Assembly: GCA_014879675.1 (NCBI GenBank)
Contig: JACSRQ010000098.1
Span: 1 to 59,108 of the forward strand
Direction: 5' to 3'
DNA: 59,108 nt
Source: Ignavibacteria bacterium
Lineage (GTDB): Bacteria; Bacteroidota; Ignavibacteria; Tepidaquicellales; OLB5
A model generated the notes under the pieces. That model searched no databases and was not told where the DNA came from. It was given only the letters and a program-made list of their open reading frames with translations. Shown one piece after another: positions 1 to 9,619 of this stretch. The first letter of the stretch is position 1. Each line of letters starts with the position of its first letter. Position numbers and translations under genes: made by a program.

Positions 1-360
1 ATATCATTTCCCCCTGGAAGGGGGAACACAAGGGGGTAGTATCAGGAATTCTTAAGCCTAAGGTAAACATAAGAACTCGTGTAAAGAGTTTTGAATTCCT
101 CTCCGGGAGTTCTCTGGGTAGGGCAGCAACCCCCTATAATCCCCCTTTCAGGGGGATATAGCTTCGGTGCATATCAATTCCCCCTGGAAGGCCGAAGGTT
201 TACCCTGGCAGTGTGAACACAAGGGGGTAGTCAGCAAACTCAACAGTCTAAAATGAGCCGGGTAATTTTTACAAACCACTAAAGTGGTTCTGATGTATCG
301 CAGCATTTTAACCCACGGATAAATCCGTGGGCTAACAATCGTAACTCTGAACTAACCCGG
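1..360. repeat. Cluster of REP-like GC-rich hairpin units at the window edge
   Basis: Perfect short hairpins: ccccc-tggaa-ggggg 10-24, ccccc-tttca-ggggg 141-155, aaccact-aa-agtggtt 274-289, cccacgga-taaa-tccgtggg 312-331. Unit 1-40 recurs at 171-231 with a ~21-nt insertion. Confidence 0.8.
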
Positions 361-526
361 CAGGTTTACCATTAGAAATTTCAGCCACCATTAAAATATG
401 GTATTTTTTAATTCATATAGGTTCAGTAAATTCGAAGCATAATAAATAATCATAACCTTTACCTGCCGTGGCTATGCGGCATACCAAAGAAGAGGATAAA
501 ATTCCAATAATTTTTTTATTACTGTC

Positions 527-1735
527 ATGGGTAAGCTATTTCTCAATATTACGGTATTTTTATTTTTGGTCTCGGTAAGCATTTTCGCACAGGATCAAAT
601 GACTCCGGTATCAGGCACGCATGATACCGAGAAGGTTTCTATCGATAAATATGTGTTCGAAACCGCGCTCAATAGTGCCGACCGTACCATCACATTCCTG
701 CAATGGGTGATCGGGGTATTTTCGGGGGTGATAACGATACTGTTTGTGATATTCAAATACCGGGATGAGAAGTCGCTGGAAAAGAACCGTGATGAACTTA
801 AGGACTCGCAGGATAAAATCGAAAGGATAAGGCTTGAGCTTATTGATGAAGAGCATAAAATGAACAGCATGCTTGAAAAACTGCAAACCATGACGCAGGA
901 TTATGAAAAGAAGATAAGCACTATTGAGCGCAAAATTGCGGGACTTGAGATCAAAAGCGATGAGCTTGACCGCAAGACCGATAACATGAACGAGATAAAC
1001 CGCTATTTCAGCATAGCGTATAGCGCGGTTGAAAATAACAACAATGCGGAAGCTGTGAAGTACTATACACGGATCATAGAAGCCGAGCCTGATGCACTGA
1101 CTATGAAAGTAGTGCTTAATAACAGGGGAATTGCATACCAGAATCTGGGCCGCTCTGACCTCGCTATTAAAGATTACCAGCGGGTAATTTCGATGGATCC
1201 AAATCATCCGCAGTCATACGGCAACCGCGGCAATGTTTATGATGCTAACGGCGAATATGAGAAAGCGGTTACAGATTATACAAAAGCAATTGAGCTGAAG
1301 CCCGATTATGCAGATGCGTATTTCAACAGGGCAAGTACATACATGAATTTAAAGAAGTATAACGATGCCGCCGCTGATTTCCGCAAGCTGCTGCAAATTG
1401 CTCCGGATGATGCGGCTGCCGCAGCGAGCCTGGCAGAGATCTTTCTCATTACATCAAAGCTCCCGGATCTCAAAAAAGTGCTTGATGAAAACAGGAATGC
1501 ACTCAGCAAGAAGAATTACCTGCCTCTCGTTGTGTTTTATGAAGCTGTACTAAACCTCTTGGGGGGCGAGTCAGATACTGCCAAAGAAACATCTATTCTC
1601 AGAAACGCGATCGACAAGTTCGGTAAACCGAAATGGGATTTCACCGAGATAACAACTTGGGCAGCCACTGCGTCTATTTCACCCGAGGCTACTTCAGCCA
1701 TTTTAGCAATGATCGATATCCTCAAGAAAAGCTGA
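527..1735 (+). CDS. Membrane-anchored coiled-coil / TPR repeat protein
   Basis: N-terminal signal-like segment plus a second TM. A K/E-rich heptad-like region (ELKDSQDKIERIRLELIDEEHK...) is followed by several TPR-like units (AIKDYQRVISMDPNHPQSYGNRGNVY, AVTDYTKAIELKPDYADAYFNRA). Confidence 0.75.
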   Translation: MGKLFLNITVFLFLVSVSIFAQDQMTPVSGTHDTEKVSIDKYVFETALNSADRTITFLQWVIGVFSGVITILFVIFKYRDEKSLEKNRDELKDSQDKIERIRLELIDEEHKMNSMLEKLQTMTQDYEKKISTIERKIAGLEIKSDELDRKTDNMNEINRYFSIAYSAVENNNNAEAVKYYTRIIEAEPDALTMKVVLNNRGIAYQNLGRSDLAIKDYQRVISMDPNHPQSYGNRGNVYDANGEYEKAVTDYTKAIELKPDYADAYFNRASTYMNLKKYNDAAADFRKLLQIAPDDAAAAASLAEIFLITSKLPDLKKVLDENRNALSKKNYLPLVVFYEAVLNLLGGESDTAKETSILRNAIDKFGKPKWDFTEITTWAATASISPEATSAILAMIDILKKS

Positions 1736-1748
1736 AAGCAATACTGAG

Positions 1749-3071
1749 CTACTTTGCTTCCAGCTTTTTGAGCATTATTTTTGCGTTTTGGTTGTTTGGG
1801 TCAAGCTCAATGCATTTTCTGTAATTGGCTATTGCAAGCCCGTTATTGCCCTTATTCATGTATGCTTCGCCAAGTGAATCCCATACATTCGGGTTTTCCG
1901 GGAAGAGTTCAGTATTCAGCGTAAACACCTCAATTGCTTTATCAAGTTCTCCTGCGTTCATTAGCTCATATCCAAACATGTTTAAATGAAATGCCCTGTA
2001 CTCCATTCCTTCTGAATCTATCAATGGCCTCAGGTTTTCTTTTAATCCTTTCAAGCCTGATTCATCTAAAACTTTGTATAGTTTCATAGATAGCGGATAG
2101 TCAGCGGGCGGGTAAGGCTTGTTTTCTAAAGCATCCATAAATCTTTGAATGATACCATCAGCCGCATTACCAAAATTTGAATTGATAATTACAGTATATC
2201 CATCCTTTAACTGTGCTAAGATTGAATTCCAAACGGGTGTACCTCCGGCACGAATTCCGGGTGGTATCAATCCGCTTTGCCTCAGGTACCGGTCGAGCTT
2301 CAACAGGTCACTGGCATTGGAATACATTCCCCCGGCGGGTGAAACCATTTCAATTTCATTGGATGACTTTTTATCGCCGTTGAAGGATATAGTTGTGCCT
2401 TGTGACATACCCGGCACGGTTTCGCCGAGCAGCAGGTAGTGCGTGCTGGACATGCCAAGCGGTTTTAATATTCTTTCTTCCAGATTCTCTTTGTAGCTTT
2501 TGCCGGTCACTTTTTCTATAACGCCGCCAAGCACTACATAACCTGAATTTGAGTATTCCTGTCCGGTACCAGGTTCAAACAACAGGGGTTCATCTTTAAT
2601 TATTTCGAGGAAATCATTTACTGTCCTGAATTTGGTTTTATCAGAGTTAAATGCTGGATTCCGCCCATAATCGGCAAGGCCTGCTTTCATTTCAAGCAGC
2701 ATCTTTATGGTTATTTTATCACCTGTTTCCTTTGGGTATAGCTCTAAGAATTTGCTAAGCGGATCTTCGAGGCTGAGCTTATTTTCCTTTTCAAGCTGCT
2801 TGATCATCGCATTGGTGAACATTTTGTTTAGTGACCCTATCCTGAAAAGAGTCTCTGGGGTTACGGGAATTTTCTTTTCCCAGTCTGCATAGCCAAATTG
2901 TTTTTCATAAAAAATATTCCCATCCTTAGCTACCATTACATTCCCGGAAAACATGCCAATATTGTTATACTCATTCACGATCTTATCCAGCTTATCGGCA
3001 TATTCATCAGCCAAAATATTATTGATTAAAACAGCAAAAAACAGGACTTTTAAGATAAAGTTAATTTTCAT
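1749..3071 (-). CDS. Serine hydrolase of the beta-lactamase/PBP (class C-like) family with a C-terminal TPR domain
   Basis: Signal peptide, S-x-x-K motif (GSLNKMF), Y-x-N motif (YSNSGY), C-terminal TPR (AIANYRKCIELDPNN). Confidence 0.8.
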   Translation of the reverse strand: MKINFILKVLFFAVLINNILADEYADKLDKIVNEYNNIGMFSGNVMVAKDGNIFYEKQFGYADWEKKIPVTPETLFRIGSLNKMFTNAMIKQLEKENKLSLEDPLSKFLELYPKETGDKITIKMLLEMKAGLADYGRNPAFNSDKTKFRTVNDFLEIIKDEPLLFEPGTGQEYSNSGYVVLGGVIEKVTGKSYKENLEERILKPLGMSSTHYLLLGETVPGMSQGTTISFNGDKKSSNEIEMVSPAGGMYSNASDLLKLDRYLRQSGLIPPGIRAGGTPVWNSILAQLKDGYTVIINSNFGNAADGIIQRFMDALENKPYPPADYPLSMKLYKVLDESGLKGLKENLRPLIDSEGMEYRAFHLNMFGYELMNAGELDKAIEVFTLNTELFPENPNVWDSLGEAYMNKGNNGLAIANYRKCIELDPNNQNAKIMLKKLEAK

Positions 3072-3275
3072 TTATATTTATTTCATAGGTTATTTTAATA
3101 TGATGCAGAAAAGGTGTTTTAAGTCGCAAAAACCATGTTGAGATAAACTCACTTCTGCATTTATCATTCCAAATGAGCAGATTTTCTCTTATTTTGGTTA
3201 AAGTTGATCAGCAAGTTTATAAATATTGTCATTGAACTGTCGTTTCAATCTAAAGTATTTATCACTAAGCTTTTT

Positions 3276-3377
3276 AACCAATTAACCACATAACCAATTA
3301 ACATATTTAACTATTTCTCTATTTCTCTATTTCACCATTTCACATTTTTACTATTTCTCTATTTCACTTTTTAAACT
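3276..3377. repeat. Short-period 'word' repeats (aaccaatt..., ctatttct x3, catttcac)
   Basis: Direct reading shows degenerate tandem 8-nt words filling the 5' intergenic space of the DUF1801 gene. Confidence 0.7.
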
Positions 3378-3794
3378 ATGGCAGAAACAAAGACCAAACC
3401 AACGGCAGTAAGCGTAAAAGAATTCATCGCAGCCGTACCTGATGAACAGAAACGCAGGGACTCGAAGGTGCTGGCAGACATGATGTCAAAGATCACGAAG
3501 GAAAAACCTAAGATGTGGGGGCCTTCGATAATTGGCTTTGGAAGCTATCATTACAAGTATGAATCCGGCCATGAAGGTGATATGTGCGTTGTCGGATTTT
3601 CACCGCGCAAAGCGGCAATATCTATTTATATTTCTGCCGGATTTGAAAAGAGAGATTCGTTACTGAAAAAACTGGGTAAACATAAATCTGCGGTAGCCTG
3701 CCTGTATGTAAAGAAACTCGCTGATGTTGATCTAAAGGTTCTTGAAGACCTGATAAAAGAATCATTTAATTATGTTAAGAAAAAGAAACTGTAG
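3378..3794 (+). CDS. DUF1801 (YdhG-like) domain protein
   Basis: Typical DUF1801 N-terminus (KPTAVSVKEFIAAVPDEQKRRDSKVL...MWGPSIIGFGSYHYKYESGHEGD). Confidence 0.75.
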   Translation: MAETKTKPTAVSVKEFIAAVPDEQKRRDSKVLADMMSKITKEKPKMWGPSIIGFGSYHYKYESGHEGDMCVVGFSPRKAAISIYISAGFEKRDSLLKKLGKHKSAVACLYVKKLADVDLKVLEDLIKESFNYVKKKKL

Positions 3795-3797
3795 TAG

Positions 3798-4241
3798 ATG
3801 AGCCAATCTGATTTATACCTTCTGCTTGGAGTTAACGGATTCATTTCGTTTACTATGCTTCTGATAGGTACAATTTCATACATACGCGCAAAGAAATTTT
3901 TATCCAGGGCAATTGAAACACGCGGTACGGTTGTAGAAAAAGTATATAAGGGTCAGTCAGATGGTGCGGGGGGAATGTACTCGCCCAGGATCCGGTTCAC
4001 TGACGCTATGGGAAGAACGATTGAGTTTACCGAAAACTGGTCCGGCAACAGGCCCGATTTCAAAATTGGCGATGAAGTAATTGTTCTTTACGGTCCAGCT
4101 GATCCGCAAAAAGCCAGGCGGGGAGGAAAGAAATGGAAGTTCTTTTTCCTGGCATGGTTAATGGGTGGATTAGGTTTGCTTTTTTCCGGCCTGTTAATAT
4201 TTTTCATAATATTGATCTTGCTTTTTCCCATAGGAAAATAG
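3798..4241 (+). CDS. DUF3592-like membrane protein
   Basis: N-terminal TM, central beta-rich domain (GTVVEKVYK...SPRIRFTDAMGRTIEFTE...IGDEVIVLYGPADPQKA), C-terminal TMs. Starts 3 nt after the preceding gene. Confidence 0.7.
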   Translation: MSQSDLYLLLGVNGFISFTMLLIGTISYIRAKKFLSRAIETRGTVVEKVYKGQSDGAGGMYSPRIRFTDAMGRTIEFTENWSGNRPDFKIGDEVIVLYGPADPQKARRGGKKWKFFFLAWLMGGLGLLFSGLLIFFIILILLFPIGK

Positions 4242-4307
4242 CTTATTATAGTTAAAATGTGCTATGATACAATTATTACCTTAAAATCTTAAACAACTTC
4301 AAAAAAA

Positions 4308-4958
4308 ATGAAGACTCTAACCTTGCTTCTTGCTTTACTTATAACATCAACAGCTTACACTCAAAACGATCCTTTAGCACTCACACAGCTTACCTTTAAC
4401 ACCCTAAGGCACAATAACTCTGTAGAGTTACCGAAGATGCAGCAGATACATTTCGCAAACGGGTCTTTTTATGCTGCCCAAACAACAGCAGCAGCAGGCG
4501 ACACTGTTTACACATTTTATCTGCCTGAACTTTCGATCTCACAGTACGAAAAAGGCTCGCAGGTGATTTACGGCTTTGAAAAGAATGTAACAAAATTCCG
4601 CCTAAGTGACTCAACCCTTACGGCAGATCCCGATATGTATAAATACAAAGTTCAGTTAAAAGATATCCGTTCAATTACCTTCCATCACGGCTCAAATGCA
4701 GGTACATTTTCACTATCGGCGGGAGTTATCGGTTTTCTGCTTGGATTCGCAGCGAGCAGTTTTGGTCATAACGATGTTGATGTTAAAGACAGGCTTTTTG
4801 GGGGGCTGGCAGGCGGTGCAGTCTTTTCTATCATTGGAGGGGCGCTTGGTCTTCTGTTCACCAATGACGAATATTATAATCTTTACACACTTTCGGTCAA
4901 AGATAAACATGCTGCTCTTTTAAAAATTCTAAAGAAGAATAAACTAACTAAAAAATGA
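4308..4958 (+). CDS. Hypothetical secreted/membrane protein with C-terminal glycine-zipper segments (paralog 1)
   Basis: Signal peptide. Shares LTFNTLRHNNSVELPKMQQIHFANGS with the next ORF. G-rich TM segments (GVIGFLLGFAASSFG, GGLAGGAVFSIIGGALGLLF). Confidence 0.65.
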   Translation: MKTLTLLLALLITSTAYTQNDPLALTQLTFNTLRHNNSVELPKMQQIHFANGSFYAAQTTAAAGDTVYTFYLPELSISQYEKGSQVIYGFEKNVTKFRLSDSTLTADPDMYKYKVQLKDIRSITFHHGSNAGTFSLSAGVIGFLLGFAASSFGHNDVDVKDRLFGGLAGGAVFSIIGGALGLLFTNDEYYNLYTLSVKDKHAALLKILKKNKLTKK

Positions 4959-5488
4959 AAACTCTTGCTGTATTACTGTTAATTGCGCTGCAGGGGATAT
5001 TGATCTCTCAGACTGATTCCTCAGAAGTGTTTGCCCTGCCTAAAATGCTTATCAAACAAAAAGGTAAGAGCGATGATGTACTTTACAGGTTTGATAACAA
5101 CATCAACAAGTTCACTTTAGCTCCCGAACGGCTTACCTTTGATACCCTAAGGTATAATTATTCCGTTGAACTGGCTAAAATAAGGCAGGTACATTTCGCC
5201 AAAGGCTCAGCATTTTGGAATGTTGCCGTGATTACCGGCGCAGTTGGATTTGGCCTGGGATTCCTATTTGGAGGGTTCTTTGACTTCAATCCCCACCCCA
5301 CATTTCATGTTGATAGGGCAATACTGGGCGGCGGTATAGTTGCAGTTCCATTTGCACTAATTGGGGGAATAATAGGCGCGCTCTTTGATAATTATGATAG
5401 TTACGATTTGAAGACTGTGCCAAAAAATAAAAGATATGAGTACTTCAAAAAGCTGTTAACGAAGTACAGGGTTAAGCCTTACAGGTAA
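4955..5488 (+). CDS. Hypothetical secreted/membrane protein with glycine-zipper segments (paralog 2)
   Basis: ATGA overlap with the upstream paralog. LTFDTLRYNYSVELAKIRQVHFAKGS motif. G-rich TMs. Confidence 0.65.
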   Translation: MKTLAVLLLIALQGILISQTDSSEVFALPKMLIKQKGKSDDVLYRFDNNINKFTLAPERLTFDTLRYNYSVELAKIRQVHFAKGSAFWNVAVITGAVGFGLGFLFGGFFDFNPHPTFHVDRAILGGGIVAVPFALIGGIIGALFDNYDSYDLKTVPKNKRYEYFKKLLTKYRVKPYR

Positions 5489-5575
5489 ATTTGAAATGAA
5501 CTGATATTGATGGCTATTATATTTTAAGTTTGATGGTTAATTTTGTTAAAACGGAAAATAAAAAGAACGCACAAA

Positions 5576-5797
5576 ATGGATAGAGTAATATTAGTATTTG
5601 CGGTAATAGGTACCCTGATGTTTGCCGCGTATATTTATTTTATCATTAAGACTTCCTACGACGACGAGAAGCAAAAGAAGAAGGAAAAGGCTGAAGAGGA
5701 AGCTGAAGAACAGGCCGAACTACATGCCGGTCAACAGGCAAAACAACAGGCTGAAAAGGAAGCTGAGCAAGAACATAAAACGAACGGCACTGAATGA
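5576..5797 (+). CDS. Small single-TM protein with a K/E/Q/A-rich low-complexity tail
   Basis: ATG at 5576 is preferred over the TTG at 5543. TM helix (VILVFAVIGTLMFAAYIYFII) followed by a charged tail. ATGA overlap with yjbQ. Confidence 0.5.
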   Translation: MDRVILVFAVIGTLMFAAYIYFIIKTSYDDEKQKKKEKAEEEAEEQAELHAGQQAKQQAEKEAEQEHKTNGTE

Positions 5798-6216
5798 AAG
5801 TTATTCAGAAGGAGTTTTTGCTAAAGCCGCGGTCCAGGGGATTTCACATAATTACTTCAGAAATACTGCAGCACATCCCCGAGCTTTCAACAATAAACCA
5901 GGGACTCGCTAACATATTTATCAAACACACATCAGCTTCGCTTTCCATAAACGAAAATGCCGATCCCAGTGTACGAACGGATATGGAAACACACTTCAAT
6001 ATAATGGTGCCGGAAGATGCAGATCACTACGAACACACTTTCGAAGGTCCCGATGACATGACCTCGCACATTAAAACCTCAATACTTGGCTCATCACTTA
6101 CAATACCCATAACCAATGGTAAACTAAACCTTGGGACGTGGCAAGGCATCTACTTATGTGAGCACAGGAATCATGGGGGCAGCAGAAAGATAGCAGTTAC
6201 AATAACCGGCATTTAA
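5794..6216 (+). CDS. yjbQ: YjbQ/UPF0047 family (secondary thiamine-phosphate synthase-like) protein
   Basis: Family-typical sequence (GFHIITSEI...ANIFIKHTSASLSINENADPSVRTDME...GPDDMTSHIKTSILG...GTWQGIYLCEHR). Confidence 0.85.
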   Translation: MKVIQKEFLLKPRSRGFHIITSEILQHIPELSTINQGLANIFIKHTSASLSINENADPSVRTDMETHFNIMVPEDADHYEHTFEGPDDMTSHIKTSILGSSLTIPITNGKLNLGTWQGIYLCEHRNHGGSRKIAVTITGI

Positions 6217-6328
6217 TACCGCATTCCCGCTCGCTAAACTTCAATAGAATTCCGTTTGAAAACTGTTTTTTGGTTATTGGATCACTGTGCCCTCAGTATA
6301 CTGTTAAATTAATATAGAGAAAAATACT

Positions 6329-8227
6329 ATGGGACTTCCTGTATACAAAGTTGTTTTGTTTGCATTGTTAGTATTGTTATATACTGCTTTAAGCTTCGGC
6401 CAAAACACGTCAGATTCACGCAAAGAAAGCAAATTGCCCGGAAGGAAATATGAAAAATCTCCGCTTCAGCAAAGTTATGAAACTGAACTAAACAGGCTGA
6501 AGTATGAAGACCGGTCTGAAAATATTCCAAAAATGATTGAGATCAACAGCAAGCTTGAATCGCTGACCGGCACTGGCAGAACCGATCTTACTGAAATCGG
6601 AAGCAGGGGAGAAAAAGGAGGTATCATAAGCCTTAGACCGCCATTCACAGGCGAAGGAGCTTTAACTGATGACATTCAAAATACCCGTATCTACACAAAT
6701 TCCAACAGAACTGTAAAGGGTATTGCGTCATCTATTGAACAGCGCGGTTCAACTGCAGGCAAAATGTGGTCAATAGTACTTTACGAAGCTGACCCGGTTT
6801 CGCCGGATACTTTTGTAGTATATTACTCGATCAACGGCGGAGGATCGTGGAGCCAGTACGTTTCGGGCAACATTAGACCGGGAGATAAAGTAATGCCGGA
6901 TGATCTTGATATGGAATTGGTTGAAAACAACACAGGGCAAAAATATCTTTGGGTCGCTTTCGGATTCCGACAGGCAAACGGCTCGAAATCAATTGGTGCG
7001 TTTATTCTACAGGTGCCCGCACTGAATGGGGCATTCTATAATATGCTTGAGTGGCCCGCAAGGGACTCAACGAAAAATTACTACAATGTCAGGCTTAGCT
7101 CAGATAATGCAAAGTATGCGGCAACTCCATATGTGTTTATAGCTTGTTCTTTTGATTCTCTTGCAGGCAACGGCAACAGGATAAACTCTCAGAAATTTGC
7201 CAGGATATTGAGTCCTTACAGTGTTAGTAATCCCGCAATTTCGTATATGGCGCCATCGTTTTACTGGTATGATAACTCCTCTGCCGCAAACAGGATCACA
7301 TATACTGATGCCGCATATTTCAGCAATAGCGGGACTGATTCTGTAATACTCTCTTTTTGCGGGGTGACCGATAGCAGTAAGCTTTACTTTGCCAAATGCG
7401 ATATCAATGGTAATCCCCCTGTAACATCAACTGGCGCAGGGGCAAGTATTGGCGGAAGCGAACCAAATGCTTTGAAACAATGGGCAAAGCTTTCATCAAA
7501 CGGGAATGATAACGGAAACATTGTATGTGTTTTCAGGCAGTATGTTGCCGGGAACTGGATGGTGAAGTGGTTCTCTTCCGCTTCTTACGGTAATTTTTCA
7601 GCCCCGTTCAATGAGAGCAGTTTATTCGGCAGCTCAACAAATATGAATTCCCGCCCTGAGATCGTTGGGATCAGAAACGGCAGCACACATTACATTACTT
7701 TTGTTACATCATCCGCAGAAGACAGCATACGTTTTATCACAATGAATCATGCGGCTGTACTGAATAGCGTAAGCAAAATGAATTATTATTCTGTTTCGGA
7801 TATCGTTGTGCCAAAGCCGGTATTCAGGTTTACGGCAGGCGATAGCTGCATTTGTGTTTACTCTGAGGAAGGGCCTGTGAATTTCATTTCGGCTTCGGGC
7901 TGTTCGGGTGCGCCGATCGGCATTTTAGGTAACCAGCATCCTGTTGGATTTGTATTGAACCAGAATTATCCCAATCCGTTCAATCCATCCACCACAATTA
8001 CATTCTCAATCCCGCAACAGGGGAATGTGAAACTAACGGTATTTGATGTATCAGGGAAAGAGGCTGCAGTGCTTGCTGATGGAGTTACTGTAGCGGGCAA
8101 TCATGAAGTTACTTTTGACGCAGGGGGACTTGCCAGCGGAGTTTATTTTTACAAGCTGGAAGTCCGAAATGAGCGATCTTCTGCAGCCGGCTATAGCGAA
8201 ATAAAGAAAATGGTGCTGCTTAAATGA
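6329..8227 (+). CDS. Large secreted protein with a T9SS C-terminal sorting domain
   Basis: Signal peptide. C-terminal LNQNYPNPFNPSTTITFSIP...GVYFYKLEV...KKMVLLK matches the Por_Secre_tail pattern. Confidence 0.8.
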   Translation: MGLPVYKVVLFALLVLLYTALSFGQNTSDSRKESKLPGRKYEKSPLQQSYETELNRLKYEDRSENIPKMIEINSKLESLTGTGRTDLTEIGSRGEKGGIISLRPPFTGEGALTDDIQNTRIYTNSNRTVKGIASSIEQRGSTAGKMWSIVLYEADPVSPDTFVVYYSINGGGSWSQYVSGNIRPGDKVMPDDLDMELVENNTGQKYLWVAFGFRQANGSKSIGAFILQVPALNGAFYNMLEWPARDSTKNYYNVRLSSDNAKYAATPYVFIACSFDSLAGNGNRINSQKFARILSPYSVSNPAISYMAPSFYWYDNSSAANRITYTDAAYFSNSGTDSVILSFCGVTDSSKLYFAKCDINGNPPVTSTGAGASIGGSEPNALKQWAKLSSNGNDNGNIVCVFRQYVAGNWMVKWFSSASYGNFSAPFNESSLFGSSTNMNSRPEIVGIRNGSTHYITFVTSSAEDSIRFITMNHAAVLNSVSKMNYYSVSDIVVPKPVFRFTAGDSCICVYSEEGPVNFISASGCSGAPIGILGNQHPVGFVLNQNYPNPFNPSTTITFSIPQQGNVKLTVFDVSGKEAAVLADGVTVAGNHEVTFDAGGLASGVYFYKLEVRNERSSAAGYSEIKKMVLLK

Positions 8228-8272
8228 ATCGGATAGTGCCGCAAGGTTTAACGAAGCTATAGGGGTATGTTC

Positions 8273-8316
8273 TGTCAGGACGAAAGTCCTGACACGGCAA
8301 AAAGAAATTTTTGCCG
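8273..8316. repeat. Two adjacent REP-like hairpins downstream of the T9SS cargo gene
   Basis: tgtcaggac-gaaa-gtcctgaca (8273-8294) and cggcaaaaa-gaaa-tttttgccg (8295-8316), followed by an attcgtgaa x2 word repeat. Confidence 0.75.
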
Positions 8317-8447
8317 AATATTTTAGTACCATTTCGTGAAATTCGTGAAATTAGTGTCTTGAGCTTTTTACGATATTGCTGTTCGTTATGACTTCTTTCA
8401 GATACTATTTTGGTTTTTACTTCCGCAAATTCTTGTTAAATTTGTAG

Positions 8448-8810
8448 ATGGAAGATATATTTTATACCATCGCCAAAGCTGTTGAAGCAGTAAGCTTCAC
8501 CATAATGATATACGGGGCAATTCTGGCTCTTGCTATGCTGCTTAAGAATGAGTTCGGCAGGTTTACCGGTATGTTTCATATGAATGTGCTGAATAAGATC
8601 AGGCTGGATTTTGGCTATTACATACTGCTCGGGCTGGAATTCCTTGTTGCGGCTGATATAATTGAAACAATACTTAAGCCTACTACAGAAGAACTGGTAG
8701 AACTTGGCGGAATTGTTGCGATAAGAATAATTCTGAGTTTTTTCCTTACTAAAGAGCTGAATGACCTGAAACGAAAAGAGAAAAGTGATGATACATCTCT
8801 AAACAGGTGA
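8448..8810 (+). CDS. DUF1622 family membrane protein
   Basis: Characteristic DFGYYILLGLEFLVAADIIETI segment and 3-4 TM helices. Confidence 0.75.
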   Translation: MEDIFYTIAKAVEAVSFTIMIYGAILALAMLLKNEFGRFTGMFHMNVLNKIRLDFGYYILLGLEFLVAADIIETILKPTTEELVELGGIVAIRIILSFFLTKELNDLKRKEKSDDTSLNR

Positions 8811-8822
8811 TGGTTCATTAAT

Positions 8823-8854
8823 AAAAAAGGAGACCGTTTAAGTCTCCTTTTTTA
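8823..8854. terminator. Bidirectional rho-independent terminator between convergent genes
   Basis: aaaaaaggagac-cgtttaa-gtctcctttttt, with A-run and T-run flanks. Confidence 0.8.
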
Positions 8855-8871
8855 TTTGGATAAAAAAATTG

Positions 8872-9540
8872 TTAAGCCTTTTTCTTTTCGTCTTCAAGAT
8901 CGATATCCGGCACTTTTTTCAGGTCAAGCATGTAGCTTGGAATAGTGCGGAATATATAATCCCACAGCGGTGTTGATACACCATAAGCAGTGTGGTCATC
9001 TTCATAATGATGGCGCAGGTGGTAACTCCTCAGAAAACCGCCTATCCTGCCTTTAAGATTGATATGATGAGTTGCGTAGTGAATTGAATCATAGCTTACA
9101 TACCCCAGCACAAACCCCGAAAATACTACGAGGTAGTAATTGCCAAAAATTGCCATGAACAAATAGAAAAAAAATGTTGCAAGCGGAACACTTACAAGCA
9201 AAGGCATAACCAGTCTTGTTGCATCCCTGGGATAATCATGGTGAATGCCATGCACCAGGAAATGAACTTTTTTGCCGGTTGCACTTTTTGGATGGTAGTG
9301 GAAAGCCCACCTGTGAATTACGTATTCCGTCAGTGTCCACAGCAGAATGCCGCCAAGGTAAGCCAGCGCACCGTTAATAATTGGTACCCGTTGAAAGCCA
9401 AAGTATGCACAAATCAGTAATACCGGAACGAAAACTATTACCGGTGTGATTGGATGGATGTGCGAAAAATACTCAAGGAAAGAATTCTTGAACAGGGGTA
9501 TGGTTTCGTTTTTGTTGGATACGTACTTAGACTTTGCCAT
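8872..9540 (-). CDS. Fatty acid hydroxylase superfamily membrane protein (FA2H/Scs7-like, no cytochrome b5 domain)
   Basis: Histidine boxes HRWAFHYH, HGIHHDYP, HYATHH and HLRHHYED, with 4 TM segments. Confidence 0.75.
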   Translation of the reverse strand: MAKSKYVSNKNETIPLFKNSFLEYFSHIHPITPVIVFVPVLLICAYFGFQRVPIINGALAYLGGILLWTLTEYVIHRWAFHYHPKSATGKKVHFLVHGIHHDYPRDATRLVMPLLVSVPLATFFFYLFMAIFGNYYLVVFSGFVLGYVSYDSIHYATHHINLKGRIGGFLRSYHLRHHYEDDHTAYGVSTPLWDYIFRTIPSYMLDLKKVPDIDLEDEKKKA

Positions 9541-9619
9541 TTTAATTGAGAAGTTTATTTACAAATTTACAAAATATTAAGGGAATTTTCAATTTACGAA
9601 ATCTAAAAATATATTTATC

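Noticed and set aside
611-1207. Long antisense or shadow ORFs inside confirmed genes, e.g. 611-1207(-), 13266-13877(-), 14622-15131(+), 24840-25241(+), 28229-28711(-), 40857-41384(-), 52754-53269(-), 53499-53864(-), 54065-54433(-) and 57713-58129(+).
   Set aside because: Each lies fully within, or largely overlaps, a gene with strong family motifs on the opposite strand or in another frame. Their translations are low-complexity or compositionally skewed, so they are typical shadow ORFs.
8051-8332. Minus-strand 93-aa ORF across the 3' end of the T9SS cargo gene and the adjacent hairpins.
   Set aside because: It overlaps the well-supported + strand gene and then reads through REP-like hairpins. 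There are no coding features.
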